64,000 nt of DNA from Eledone cirrhosa (lineage: Eukaryota), in contig OZ024748.1 in NCBI GenBank assembly GCA_964016885.1, forward strand, positions 1,984,001 through 2,048,000, given 5' to 3'. The notes beneath the pieces are model-generated. The model saw only the letters and a list, made by a program, of their open reading frames with translations, did not search any database and was not told the DNA's origin. This document shows, in pieces, positions 42,307-54,440 of the stretch. Position 1 is the stretch's first letter; each line of letters opens with the position of its first letter. A program made the translations under genes and the position numbers.

Positions 42307-44580
42307 TGGTGTTTTAACATATTGTTTAGCTCTGGCGTTTTAACATATTGTTTAGCTCTGGCGTTTTAACATATTGTTTAGCTCTGGTGTTTTAACATAT
42401 TGTTTAGCTCTGGCGTTTTAACATATTGTTTAGCTCTGGCGTTTTAACATATTGTTTAGCTCTGGCGTTTTAACATATTGTTTAGCTCTGGCGTTTTAAC
42501 ATATTGTTTAGCTCTGGCGTTTTAACATATTGTTTAGCTCTGGCGTTTTAACATATTGTTTAGCTCTGGCGTTTTAACATATTGTTTAGCTCTGGCGTTT
42601 TAACATATTGTTTAGCTCTGGCGTTTTAACATATTGTTTAGCTCTGGTGTTTTAACATATTGTTTAGCTCTGGCGTTTTAACATATTGTTTAGCTCTGGC
42701 GTTTTAACATATTGTTTAGCTCTGGCGTTTTAACATATTGTTTAGCTCTGGCGTTTTAACATATTGTTTAGCTCTGGCGTTTTAACATATTGTTTAGCTC
42801 TGGCGTTTTAACATATTGTTTAGCTCTGGCGTTTTAACATATTGTTTAGCTCTGGCGTTTTAACATATTGTTTAGCTCTGGCGTTTTAACATATTGTTTA
42901 GCTCTGACGTTTTAACATATTGTTTAGCTCTGGTGTTTTAACATATTGTTTAGCTCTGGTGTTTTAACATATTGTTTAGCTCTGGCGTTTTAACATATTG
43001 TTTAGCTCTGGCGTTTTAACATATTGTTTAGCTCTGGCGTTTTAACATATTGTTTAGCTCTGGCGTTTTAACATATTGTTTAGCTCTGGCGTTTTAACAT
43101 ATTGTTTAGCTCTGGCGTTTTAACATATTGTTTAGCTCTGGCGTTTTAACATATTGTTTAGCTCTGGCGTTTTAACATATTGTTTAGCTCTGGCGTTTTA
43201 ACATATTGTTTAGCTCTGGCGTTTTAACATATTGTTTAGCTCTGGCGTTTTAACATATTGTTTAGCTCTGGCGTTTTAACATATTGTTTAGCTCTGGCGT
43301 TTTAACATATTGTTTAGCTCTGGCGTTTTAACATATTGTTTAGCTCTGGCGTTTTAACATATTGTTTAGCTCTGGCGTTTTAACATATTGTTTAGCTCTG
43401 ACGTTTTAACATATTGTTTAGCTCTGGTGTTTTAACATATTGTTTAGCTCTGGTGTTTTAACATATTGTTTAGCTCTGACGTTTTAACATATTGTTTAGC
43501 TCTGGCGTTTTAACATATTGTTTAGCTCTGGTGTTTTAACATATTGTTTAGCTCTGACGTTTTAACATATTGTTTAGCTCTGGCGTTTTAACATATTGTT
43601 TAGCTCTGGCGTTTTAACATATTGTTTAGCTCTGGCGTTTTAACATATTGTTTAGCTCTGGCGTTTTAACATATTGTTTAGCTCTGACGTTTTAACATAT
43701 TGTTTAGCTCTGGCGTTTTAACATATTGTTTAGCTCTGGCGTTTTAACATATTGTTTAGCTCTGGTGTTTTAACATATTGTTTAGCTCTGACGTTTTAAC
43801 ATATTGTTTAGCTCTGGCGTTTTAACATATTGTTTAGCTCTGGCGTTTTAACATATTGTTTAGCTCTGACGTTTTAACATATTGTTTAGCTCTGGCGTTT
43901 TAACATATTGTTTAGCTCTGGCGTTTTAACATATTGTTTAGCTCTGGCGTTTTAACATATTGTTTAGCTCTGGTGTTTTAACATATTGTTTAGCTCTGGC
44001 GTTTTAACATATTGTTTAGCTCTGGTGTTTTAACATATTGTTTAGCTCTGGCGTTTTAACATATTGTTTAGCTCTGGTGTTTTAACATATTGTTTAGCTC
44101 TGGTGTTTTAACATATTGTTTAGCTCTGGTGTTTTAACATATTGTTTAGCTCTGGTGTTTCAACATATTGTTTAGCTCTGGTGTTTTAACATATTGTTTA
44201 GCTCTGGTGTTTTAACATATTGTTTAGCTCTGGTGTTTTAACATATTGTTTAGCTCTGGTGTTTTAACATATTGTTTAGCTCTGGTGTTTTAACATATTG
44301 TTTAGCTCTGGCGTTTTAACATATTGTTTAGCTCTGGCGTTTTAACATATTGTTTAGCTCTGGCGTTTTAACATATTGTTTAGCTCTGGCGTTTTAACAT
44401 ATTGTTTAGCTCTGGCGTTTTAACATATTGTTTAGCTCTGGCGTTTTAACATATTGTTTAGCTCTGGCGTTTTAACATATTGTTTAGCTCTGGCGTTTTA
44501 ACATATTGTTTAGCTCTGGTGTTTTAACATATTGTTTAGCTCTGGTGTTTTAACATATTGTTTAGCTCTGGTGTTTTAAC
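42307..44580. repeat. 26-bp satellite, about 87 copies
   Basis: Unit TGGCGTTTTAACATATTGTTTAGCTC; variants are almost only GGT or GAC in place of GGC. Confidence 0.98.
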
Positions 44581-44905
44581 TATAGAGCGCTTGCCAGCAT
44601 AACTCTGATTTTGTGTTTCGTTTCGCTCTTTCTACCCGCTGAAATGCGATTCTCGCTGAATTTATATATATATATATATTTATATATATTTATATATATA
44701 TATATTTATATATATTTAAAGGTTAAACAAGGTTCGATGAATAAATCAAAGAATTAGTTTTACAATAGATTGGAAGCAGTCAACAGAAATGGTTTTCCGG
44801 AGTTATTAATATTCATTCAAAATATTAACAAAAATCGAACTTCATTGTGATCCATGACTGGATCTTAACCATCTAATATGTCAGGGTATGTCATGCATCA
44901 TCTTA

Positions 44906-44968
44906 TTTTATCTGATGAGGACGTACTGTTGAAGTTAGCTCAGTACCTCTGAAATATGTTTAATAAAA
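44906..44968 (+). ncRNA. Minimal type I hammerhead motif
   Basis: TTTTAT-CTGATGA-GGAC GTACTG..CAGTAC CTCT-GAAA-TATGTTT-AATAAAA; related to the 58600 copy. Confidence 0.55.
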
Positions 44969-45012
44969 TATACTTGATCACAATGAAGTTCTATTTTTGT
45001 TAATATTTTGAA

Positions 45013-45126
<114 letters not shown>

Positions 45127-45418
45127 ATCCCTCTTTCAACTTGGTATTTTAGCCCCCAAATTGCCTGACAGTAAGATGGAATGTTTTCTTACATGGAATT
45201 TTTGACATTTACCTTAATTTTACATCTACTGCAACCATCCTATATGCAAACAATCCTTTTTCTCCTCCTCCCCCTCCTTATCATCATCATCATCATCATT
45301 ACCATCATCATAATCATCATTATCATTTAAAAAGTTTGAAATCCATCCCCATCGTGGGTAGAATGGTTCCTAAGTTACTAATACTTTTATGGTCATCTGT
45401 GTTGGGACACACACATTT

Positions 45419-45419
<1 letters not shown>

Positions 45420-45455
<36 letters not shown>

Positions 45456-45496
45456 GCTGCTCGTCCTCCTACTACTACAACCACCACCACTATGGT

Positions 45497-45538
<42 letters not shown>

Positions 45539-45980
45539 CATGATTACTACTACTACTCTCATCATTATCATCATCATCACATTTGTTTGAATAGATTCCA
45601 CATCATAACCACCATCGCCCTCTCTGCAACTACTGCTGATGCTACTACTACTACTACTACTACTGCTGATGCTACTACTACTACTACTACTACTGCTGAT
45701 GCTACTACTACTACTACTACTACTACTGCTGATGCTACTACTACTACTACTACTACTGCTGATGCTACTACTACTACTACTACTACTGCTGATGCTACTA
45801 CTACTACTACTACTACTAGTACTACTACTGCTGCTGCTACTACTGATACTACTACTACTACTACTACCACCACCACCACCACCACCAACACAACTACTAC
45901 TACCACCACCACCGCCAGCACAACTACTACTACTACTACCACCACCACCACCACCACCACCACCACTACTACTACTACTT
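45420..45980. repeat. Compound (TAC)n/(CAC)n trinucleotide repeat with a 27-30 bp higher-order unit
   Basis: GCTGATGCT(ACT)6-7 repeated six times within ACT/ACC tracts. Confidence 0.95.
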
Positions 45981-46024
45981 TTACAGTTGCCACCAACTGA
46001 AATTGAGTATAGAGGATATAAATC

Positions 46025-46153
46025 TTAACCCAGTATTTGACTGGTACTTTACTTCATTGGCTTTCAAAGGATTAAAGACAAAGTTGACCTTGGTGGGGTT
46101 TGAACCCCGAATGTAAAAGGTTGAACCTAAATACCGCAGTTATTTACTTTAAT
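46025..46153 (-). mobile_element. SINE family A whose head is replaced by the 12-bp array
   Basis: ACTGGTACTTTA..AAAGTTGACCTTGGTGGGGTTTGAACCC runs directly into the ACTCTACCACTG repeats. Confidence 0.7.
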
Positions 46154-47922
46154 ACTCTACCACTGACTCTACCACTGACTCTACCACTGACTCTACCACT
46201 GACTCTACCACTGGCTCTACCACTGACTCTACCACTGACTCTACCACTGGCTCTACCACTGACTCTACCACACTACCACTGACTCTACCACTGACTACCA
46301 CTGACTCTACCACTGACTCTACCACTGACTCTACCACTGACTCTACCACTGGCTCTACCACTGACTCTACCACTGACTCTACCACTGACTCTACCACTGA
46401 CTCTACCACTGGCTCTACCACTGACTCTACCACACTACCACTGGCTCTACCACTGACTCTACCACTGACTCTACCACTGACTCTACCACTGACTCTACCA
46501 CTGACTCTACCACTGACTCTACCACTGACTCTACCACACTACCACTGACTCTACCACTGGCTCTACCACTGACTCTACCACTGACTCTACCACTGACTCT
46601 ACCACTGACTCTACCACTGACTCTACCACTGACTCTACCACAGACTCTACCACTGACTCTACCACTGACTCTACCACAGACTCTACCACTGACTCTACCA
46701 CTGACTACCACTGACTCTACCACTGACTCTACCACTGACTCTACCACTTACTCTACCACAGACTCTACCACTGACTCTACCACTGACTCTACCACTGACT
46801 CTACCACAGACTCTACCACTGACTCTACCACAGACTCTACCACAGACTCTACCACTGACTACCACTGACTCTACCACTGACTCTACCACTGACTCTACCA
46901 CTGACTCTACCACTGACTCTACCACTGACTCTACCACTGACTCTACCACAGACTCTACCACTGACTCTACCACTGACTCTACCACTGACTCTACCACTGA
47001 CTCTACCACTGACTCTACCACTGACTCTACCACTGACTCTACCACTGACTACCACTGACTCTACCACTGACTCTACCACTGACTCTACCACTGACTCTAC
47101 CACTGGCTCTACCACTGGCTCTACCACTGACTCTACCACTGACTCTACCACTGACTCTACCACTGACTCTACCACTGACTCTACCACTGACTCTACCACT
47201 GACTCTACCACTGACTCTACCACTGACTCTACCACTGACTACCACTGACTCTACCACTGACTACCACTGACTCTACCACTGACTCTACCACTGACTACCA
47301 CTGACTCTACCACTGACTCTACCACTGACTCTACCACTGACTCTACCACTGACTCTACCACTGACTCTACCACTGACTCTACCACTGACTCTACCACTGA
47401 CTCTACCACTGACTCTACCACTGACTCTACCACTGACTCTACCACTGACTGTACCACTGACTCTACCACTGACTCTACCACTGACTACCACTGACTCTAC
47501 CACTGACTCTACCACTGACTACCACTGACTCTACCACTGACTCTACCACTGACTCTACCACTGACTCTACCACTGGCTCTACCACTGACTCTACCACTGG
47601 CTCTACCACTGACTCTACCACTGGCTCTACCACTGACTCTACCACTGACTCTACCACTGACTCTACCACTGACTCTACCACTGACTCTACCACTGACTCT
47701 ACCACTGACTCTACCACTGACTCTACCACTGACTCTACCACACTACCACTGACTCTACCACAGACTCTACCACTGACTCTACCACTGACTCTACCACACT
47801 ACCACTGACTCTACCACAGACTCTACCACTGACTCTACCACTGACTCTACCACTGACTCTACCACTGACTCTACCACTGACTCTACCACTGACTCTACCA
47901 CAGACTCTACCACTGACTCTAC
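46154..47922. repeat. 12-bp minisatellite, about 150 copies
   Basis: Unit ACTCTACCACTG, with GCTCT.., ..ACAG and 10-bp deletion variants. Confidence 0.98.
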
Positions 47923-47969
47923 AAAATATCACTAACATCTGAAACTTCATTAAGGAAACTTTCTCTTAA

Positions 47970-48270
47970 TATATATCTCTCTCTCTCTCCCTATCTCTCT
48001 CTCTCTCTTCCTATATATCTCTCTCTCTTCCTATATATATATCTCTCTCTCTTCCTATCTCTCTCTCTCTTCCTATCTCTCTCTCTCTTCCTATCTCTCT
48101 CTCTCTTCCTATCTCTTTCTCTCTTCCTATCTCTTTCTCTCTTCCTATATCTCTCGCTCTCTTCCTATATATCTCTCTCTCTTCCTATCTCTCTCTCTCT
48201 TCATATCTCTTTCCCTCTCTCTACTCCTCTTCCACTCTCTTCTCCCCTGTTCTTTCTCCTCCTCCTTTCT
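47970..48270. repeat. Polypyrimidine (CT)n/CTTCCTAT compound repeat
   Basis: Units of ATCTCTCTCTCTCTTCCT. Confidence 0.9.
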
Positions 48271-48908
48271 CTCACATAATCACTAAAGTTTTATAACCTT
48301 CATGAGGATTAAGTGGACAACATATCAACAGAGGATATAATATATTATATGTTAGACATAAGGATTAAATATCAGAGAGAGAGAGAGAAGTGGGGGGTTT
48401 ATTCATGTATTAATTCGGTGGCAAGTTAAGGAGAAAGAGATAGAGGGAGATAGCATTAGCTAACCTATATTGGTGTTAAGTCAGCAACATATTAATGGAG
48501 GATATATATAAAGCTTCATGAATGTTAAATATATATATATATATATAATAAAATGTGGAGAGGAGGCACACGAGTTAGGATATATATATATATGAAAACA
48601 GGGGGAAAGAGACGATTATGAGGAAGAAAAATATATTTTTTTCCTTTTTTTTTTTTTTTTGTCTCTCTCTCTCTTTTTTCTGGGTTAGAAAATGATTAAA
48701 ACGAAATGTTTTACTTTGTGTGAAGTGTTAAGGTATTAGTTGATTTATTTATTATTTAACAATGGCATTTATTTATCTATTTAATTATTGTCTATTACCG
48801 GTTTCTGCATTTATATGCATTATCAAATGATAGTGAAGTGTATTAGTGTGGTGTTGCACATGTTAAACAGAAGGTGCAGAAAGAATAATGTTATTTACAA
48901 ACAAAGTG

Positions 48909-49092
48909 GGCGGTGGATTGGCAGTATCGGTAGAGGGTCGGACGCCATGCTTTCCAGCATAGTTACATCCCTTTACGATCTGAGTTCAAATCCCGCTGAG
49001 GTTGACTTTGCCTTTCATCCTTACGGGGTCGATAAAACAAAGTACCAGTAATGCACTGAGTAATTGCTGGCCTTGTGCCTAAAGTAGAAACA
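48909..49092 (+). mobile_element. tRNA-derived SINE family A (Meta-domain-like core), full length with TSD
   Basis: A box-like TGGCAGTATCGG, B box GAGTTCAAATCC, core GACTTTGCCTTTCATCC..GGGGTCGATAAAA..GTACCAG. Flanked by an 18-bp direct repeat GTTATTTACAAACAAAGT at 48890 and 49093. Confidence 0.9.
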
Positions 49093-49393
49093 GTTATTTA
49101 CAAACAAAGTTTAAGAAGTGAAAAGAAAAAGGAAAAAAAACAAAACAAAAAAACGTGCATAATGTGGAATGTAAAAAGTCAACGTGGAAGAAAAGTTAAT
49201 GTTATTTACAAGCACAGTCATTGAAGTTAAGCAGTTCAAAATGTGTTAATATCGCAAGAGTGCTTAGTTGAGCCATGGTTCCATGAAGGAGGCAAATGGT
49301 GGACTGTGGTTTGATATGATTTCCCTTTTTAGAGAGTTAATATGCAAAAGAAAAAATATTTTTCTTCCTCATAATCGTCTCTTTCCCCAATAT

Positions 49394-49431
<38 letters not shown>

Positions 49432-49610
49432 TTAATAAAAACAATGAATAAAAACAAAGAAACAGTTCCTTATATTAAAAATTCATCATTTTACGATCGT
49501 TTCTAGGATATATATATATGTGTGTTGGTATGTATATCATATAGATCTATGTAAAATTTTTACAAACTATCAGAGGAAATATACATACCTACACATATAT
49601 ATGCTGCCTT

Positions 49611-49977
49611 CAGAAATAATTGTTTCTATTTTAGGCACAAGGCCAGCAATTACCTAGTACATTACTGGTACTTTATTTTATCGACCCCGTAAGGATGAAA
49701 GGCAAAGTTAACCTCGGCGGGATTTGAACTCAAAATGGCAAGGGCCGTAACTCTGTGTCAAAGCATGGTGTCCGACTCTCTACCGATACTGCCAATCCAC
49801 CGCTCAGAAATAATTGTTTCTACTTTAGGCACAAGGCCAGCAATTACCCAGTACATTACTGGTACTTTATTTTATCGACCCCATAAGGATGAAAGGCAAA
49901 GTTAACCTCGGCGGGATTTGAACTCAGACTAGAAAGCATGGCGTCCAACTCTCTACCGATACTGCCAATTCACCGCC
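49611..49977 (-). mobile_element. Tandem dimer of SINE family A
   Basis: Two head-to-tail copies (49611-49803 and 49805-49977), reverse complement of 48909-49092. Confidence 0.9.
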
Positions 49978-50565
49978 AATTCAAGAAACAATGATATTTG
50001 TTTATTGAAAAAAAACAACAAATATTTAATATAATAGGTCTGTTTGGGAACAGGTTTTGAATTGACCAATAGAAAAGTAGTAAGTGGTTAAGTTGATAGA
50101 ATAGTAGTAGTAGAAATTTAATTTAGGGATAGAAAGAATACTTTGAATGAAAATATTACTTTGGAGATGAAAAGAGGTCAAGCCGGTGAAAGGTACACGA
50201 AAATTTGATGTTATTAAAGAATAATGCTAATGTTAAAATCGAAGGAGAATAACATTTTAGGGTAAATGTGTTAGTGAGAAATACCAATCGTACAGTAGCA
50301 TGTATATATATATACATGCTACTGTACGTCTGTATACATATATGTATGTACGTATACATACTTATATTTAAGTAACAGCCATACTAAGAGTGAGAAATGA
50401 AATTTCGTTTCATTTTTTCCGCTTATAGATATTAATTTTAGGAAAAGAGAGCTGTAAAAGGGAAATAAAATTATGAAGTTCTCAGTAGTAAAATACTAAT
50501 TTTGGGTTAACTAAAATAAAAAAACTAATTATAATAATTTGTAAAATATAAGTGTAAGGTGTATA

Positions 50566-51345
50566 TTAATTAGGTTTATAATATTTGAAAGTTCTTCTAA
50601 TTCTATGATTGCACGATATAATTAATTCTTGTCGCTTATTTAATAGAGTATCCTTAGATTTCATTATTTCAAAAAGTTCCTGGGAACATAATCTACACTC
50701 ATATCTGTTATTTTGATAAAGGGTGGTCCTTTTGAGCACACTCCAGGTCAGGTTATAATCGATATTCTTTTTTCTATAATTAATAATTATTTCAGCCAAG
50801 GATGTTGTATTAGCTAATGCCGCATTTTAAAAACTATGTTTGTGGGTATTAAATCTTACTTTAAATTGGTTAGAAGTAGCTCCTATATATGAATAAGTTG
50901 AGTCCTTAGTGCTAATTTTACATTTATATACTATGTTATTAATAAGACAATTTCCTTTTAATGGGCAATTTCCTTTGTTTCTACAGTTACAACCATTCGT
51001 GAATATTATATCAGGGGAGTTAGTCAAATTTGGTGTGGAATTTACTCGACTTGTTATATGTGAAGGAGATGGTGGTTTGTTGCAGTTTATTTTAGTATTA
51101 TGGTTAGTTTGATGTGTTGGTGGTATATTCATGGTTTCTTTTACATTTATATGCATTGTAGGCACTTATATTTTGTTGTATATTTTTGGTAGTGGAGTAG
51201 GAAAATTTGACCGTTGATCTATTTAAAATTTGATGGTATTTATGGTTTGGTGGGAAGTTTTCTCTAGGATAGTAAAAAATTTTTTAGGGATATCTTTAAT
51301 TTGTAGATTAAATGGAGCATTATACCAGGTAACTCGTCTATTATG
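50566..51345 (-). mobile_element. Penelope-like element 3' fragment (linker plus GIY-YIG endonuclease), pseudogenised
   Basis: Reads RRVTWYNAPF..(frameshift)..FPPNHKYHQILNRSTVKFSYS..CNCRNKGNCPLKGNCLINNIVY..YIGATSNQFKVRFNTHKHSF*..WSVLK..CRLCSQE..LLNKRQELIISCNH. These are PLE Zn-knuckle and GIY-YIG motifs, with an in-frame TAA at 50827-50829. Confidence 0.88.
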
Positions 51346-51794
51346 GTTTCAATGTTGTTTTTTTATATTTATACGATGTATCAGGATGTTTACTAATAAT
51401 CAGACTAAAACACCTAAATCAGTTAATCTAACTAAACCTATATATAATAAATTCACTAATATTAACTCTCTTAGTAAACATCCTGGGTGTTATTGTTATT
51501 CCATTCATTTTTTCAACAACACCCAAACAAACAATACTGACCTAAGAGAAGTATAAATAAATAAATACATACACAAGCACAATATCAACAAACATATAAA
51601 CACACACTAGTAAACTAAGATAGACTACAATAACCAATACACAGTCACCGAAACACGAACACACATCAAACACTATACACACACGCAAACACATGCGCAG
51701 AGAAGACAAAAAAATAAAAATAAAAATAAATAAATAAACAGATTAAATAAAGATGGCGTAGGCATACAATACAACGGGAGGAAACATAATAGCA

Positions 51795-51835
51795 CCACTG
51801 ATGATGTTGCAGATGTGCAACGAAAGAACTTTGTT
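51795..51835 (+). ncRNA. Hammerhead core with an intact stem II
   Basis: CTGATGA-T-GTTGCA-GATG-TGCAAC-GAAA (51798-51825); stems I and III are weak. About 450 bp from the Penelope fragment. Confidence 0.55.
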
Positions 51836-52520
51836 AGACTATATATATGTGTTTGTGTCTATATTATATCTGTATTTTTGACCATTGGTCAGTCAATGGT
51901 AACATTGAGGACCGAATAAATTAAATTAACCGATATAAAAGACACAGAAGCGAAAACCAACCAAACAGTGAGTGTGTTCTGTTATTAATTCTGGCAATAT
52001 TATTACACAAATATGACCCTCCCCAAGTATAACAATATTTGTTTCGACACATGATTTCATACCAAAAACCTCGCAAAACTAATTCATCGCCGTTATATAT
52101 ATATATATATATGTATATGTAGAAATGAAAGGAAAGCACAAACAAGGGACAGGCGTCCTCTTCAGTTGTCTGCTGGGGGTCTTGGACATTTCAATGCATT
52201 AAAGACAATATGTCTATCCCCAGTGCGTCAATAACTTTTGTAAGTTATTGGGAGAAAAAAATGCATGTATATGTATGTATATATATGTATACATGCGTAT
52301 ATATATATATCATAATATATATATACTAACAGTTTGATGACTTAACTCTGCGCTACCAGCGTTTCAAGATGTGTTTTCATCTTGAAACCGCTGGTACTGT
52401 AGAGATAAGTCAAACTGTCAATATGAAAACTCAGCTTTTACATTATCTGTTGATAGCTCTTTTCTTAAGTTTGTATTTACAACTACACACACACACACAC
52501 ATATGTATATATATATATAT

Positions 52521-52568
<48 letters not shown>

Positions 52569-52575
52569 GTGTGTG

Positions 52576-52850
52576 TGGCTGAGTGGTTAGAGAATTGGAT
52601 TCGCAATCGTAAGGTTGTGAGTTCGATTCCTGGACCAGGCGATGCGTTATGTCCTTGAGAAAGACACTTTATTTCACGTTGCTCCTTTTACCTGGAGTTG
52701 CGACCGATAGATAGTATTAGCAATTGGAAAGACCAATGGAAAATATTGTTCCCTCGGTCCGATTTGACGAAAGTCGATCGTTCCTATATATATACATATG
52801 TCCCACCCTTGCAAGCAGGGAAAAGCAGACGTAAAATGATGATGATGATG
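52576..52850 (+). mobile_element. SINE with a family B-like head, different middle and the same RTE tail
   Basis: TGGCTGAGTGG / GAGTTCGATTCC / GTCCTTGAGAAAGACAC; ends GTCCCACCCTTGCAAGCAGGGAAAAGCAGACGTAAAATGATG. Confidence 0.8.
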
Positions 52851-52880
52851 ATATATGTATGTATATATATATATATATAT

Positions 52881-53078
52881 AATAGGGAAATGTATGACCC
52901 CGCCAGCAGAGCTCAAGCCATTTCGACGGCTATTTCTGGACTCAGAAATAGGTGTCAAAACGGCTTGAGCTCTGCCATTAGGGTCATACTTTTTCCTATT
53001 TCCCACTCTACTACTCTAAGTATTGAGTACTCTGGTGCGTTATGGTCCATCTAGTTCCTTACCACACTTCATTCGTTA
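52881..53078. mobile_element. Foldback MITE-like element in TA repeats (single arms also at 53577-53697 and 61728-61872)
   Basis: 52881-53000 is an imperfect palindrome. The arm GGTAAGGAACCAGGTGGACCATAA(C/T)GCACCAGAGTACT recurs three times, always abutting (TA)n. Confidence 0.7.
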
Positions 53079-53731
53079 TATATACATGTTTGTGATGATC
53101 CACAATTGGATTAAGCATGCAAACTAAGACACATAAATGTTTATGGAGAGAGAGAGAGAGAGAGGTGTGATCTATGTGTAAGAGAACAGCATCTTGATAA
53201 AGGCTAGATAAGTTAGATGTGATTTAAGTGAGCAGTGTATAAGTGTGTGTGTATTGAGAATGTACATGTGGCTTATTAGCTCACTACTATCCCCAACAGA
53301 TGATAGTTTGCAAAGCTAGCAAGCTACATGTGGAATCAAATCAGTAAATGTTAGCAGAGAATATATGGAGGATTAAGTGAGTAGAATTTCTACGAGAGAA
53401 AGTAAGCAGCAAGTTGACAAGGGAAATATGAGAAGCATGTGGATTATGTCACCATGTGGATTATGTCACCAATAATGTTAATAGATGATAAAGGAAAGAT
53501 AGAAAGTTTTACATCTGATAGAAATATGTAAGAAGAATACAACATAGGCAAGATATATATATATATATATATATATAACAAAGGAAGTGTGGTAAGGAAC
53601 CAGGTGGACCATAACGCACCAGAGTACTTGATACTTTGGGTAGAAGAGTTGGTAATAGGAAAAGAGTCAGGACCCCGACGGCAGAGCTCAAACCATATGT
53701 ATATATATATGTATATATATATATATATATA

Positions 53732-53948
53732 TCATCATCATCATCATCATTTTACGTCCGCTTTTCCCTGCTTGCAAGGGTGGGACGGGAACTGATTCTG
53801 GCTTGATTTCTACAGCTGGATGCCCTTCCTAACACCAACCTCATTTACAGTGAGTGCTGGGTGCTTTTTTGCCGTGGCACCTCTTTTGCAGTGGAATGAT
53901 AGGGACCATCTCATTTCTACAGCTGAGTAAACTGGAGCAATGTGAAAT
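53732..53948 (-). mobile_element. SINE family B, 5'-truncated
   Basis: Matches the 3' two-thirds of 35792-36147. Confidence 0.85.
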
Positions 53949-54270
53949 ATATTCATATATGTATGTATATATATGAATGTGTGTGTCTTCATCATCATCA
54001 TCATCGTTTAACGTCCATCTTCCACGCTAGCATGGGTTTGGATGGGAATTTTCCTACTTGAGGCAAGATTGGTTATCTTGTTCATATAGTACTGTCTGGC
54101 GGGTTTTCTACGGCTGGATGCCCTTCCTAACACCAACCACGTTTACAGTGCGAACTGGGAGGTTTTTACCGTGTTACCTACACGGCCACATTACAGCGTG
54201 GACTGTGTGTTTTTTTGTCGTGACACCTGCACGACCTCATTTGTATATATGTATATAATATATATATATA

Positions 54271-54440
54271 GGCACATGGCTTAGTGGTTAGAGAATTGGC
54301 CTTGCAATCGAAAGGTTGAGAGTTCAATTCTCAGACAGTGTGATGTGTTGTTTCCTTGAGCAAGACACTTTATTTCACATTGCTCTAGTTTACTCAGCTG
54401 TAGAAATGAGATGATAGGAACTTGGGTCCCTATCATTCCA
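54271..54440 (+). mobile_element. SINE family B head and core
   Basis: GGCACATGGCTTAGTGGTTAGAG..GAGTTCAATTC..CCTTGAGCAAGACAC. Confidence 0.85.

Noticed and set aside
42307-44580. CRISPR-like array
   Set aside because: Units are contiguous with no unique spacers; eukaryotic context with no cas genes.
45323-47950. Mucin-like Thr-rich and VESV/SGRV repeat ORFs
   Set aside because: Open on both strands because of simple repeats; no splice or domain support.
50827-50829. Selenocysteine readthrough as in Naiad PLEs
   Set aside because: The in-frame stop is TAA, not TGA, and the copy also has frameshifts.
52576-52645. tRNA genes at SINE heads (also 5995-6069, 54271-54340, 62225-62297)
   Set aside because: A and B boxes are present, but there is no good acceptor stem and each continues into a SINE body.
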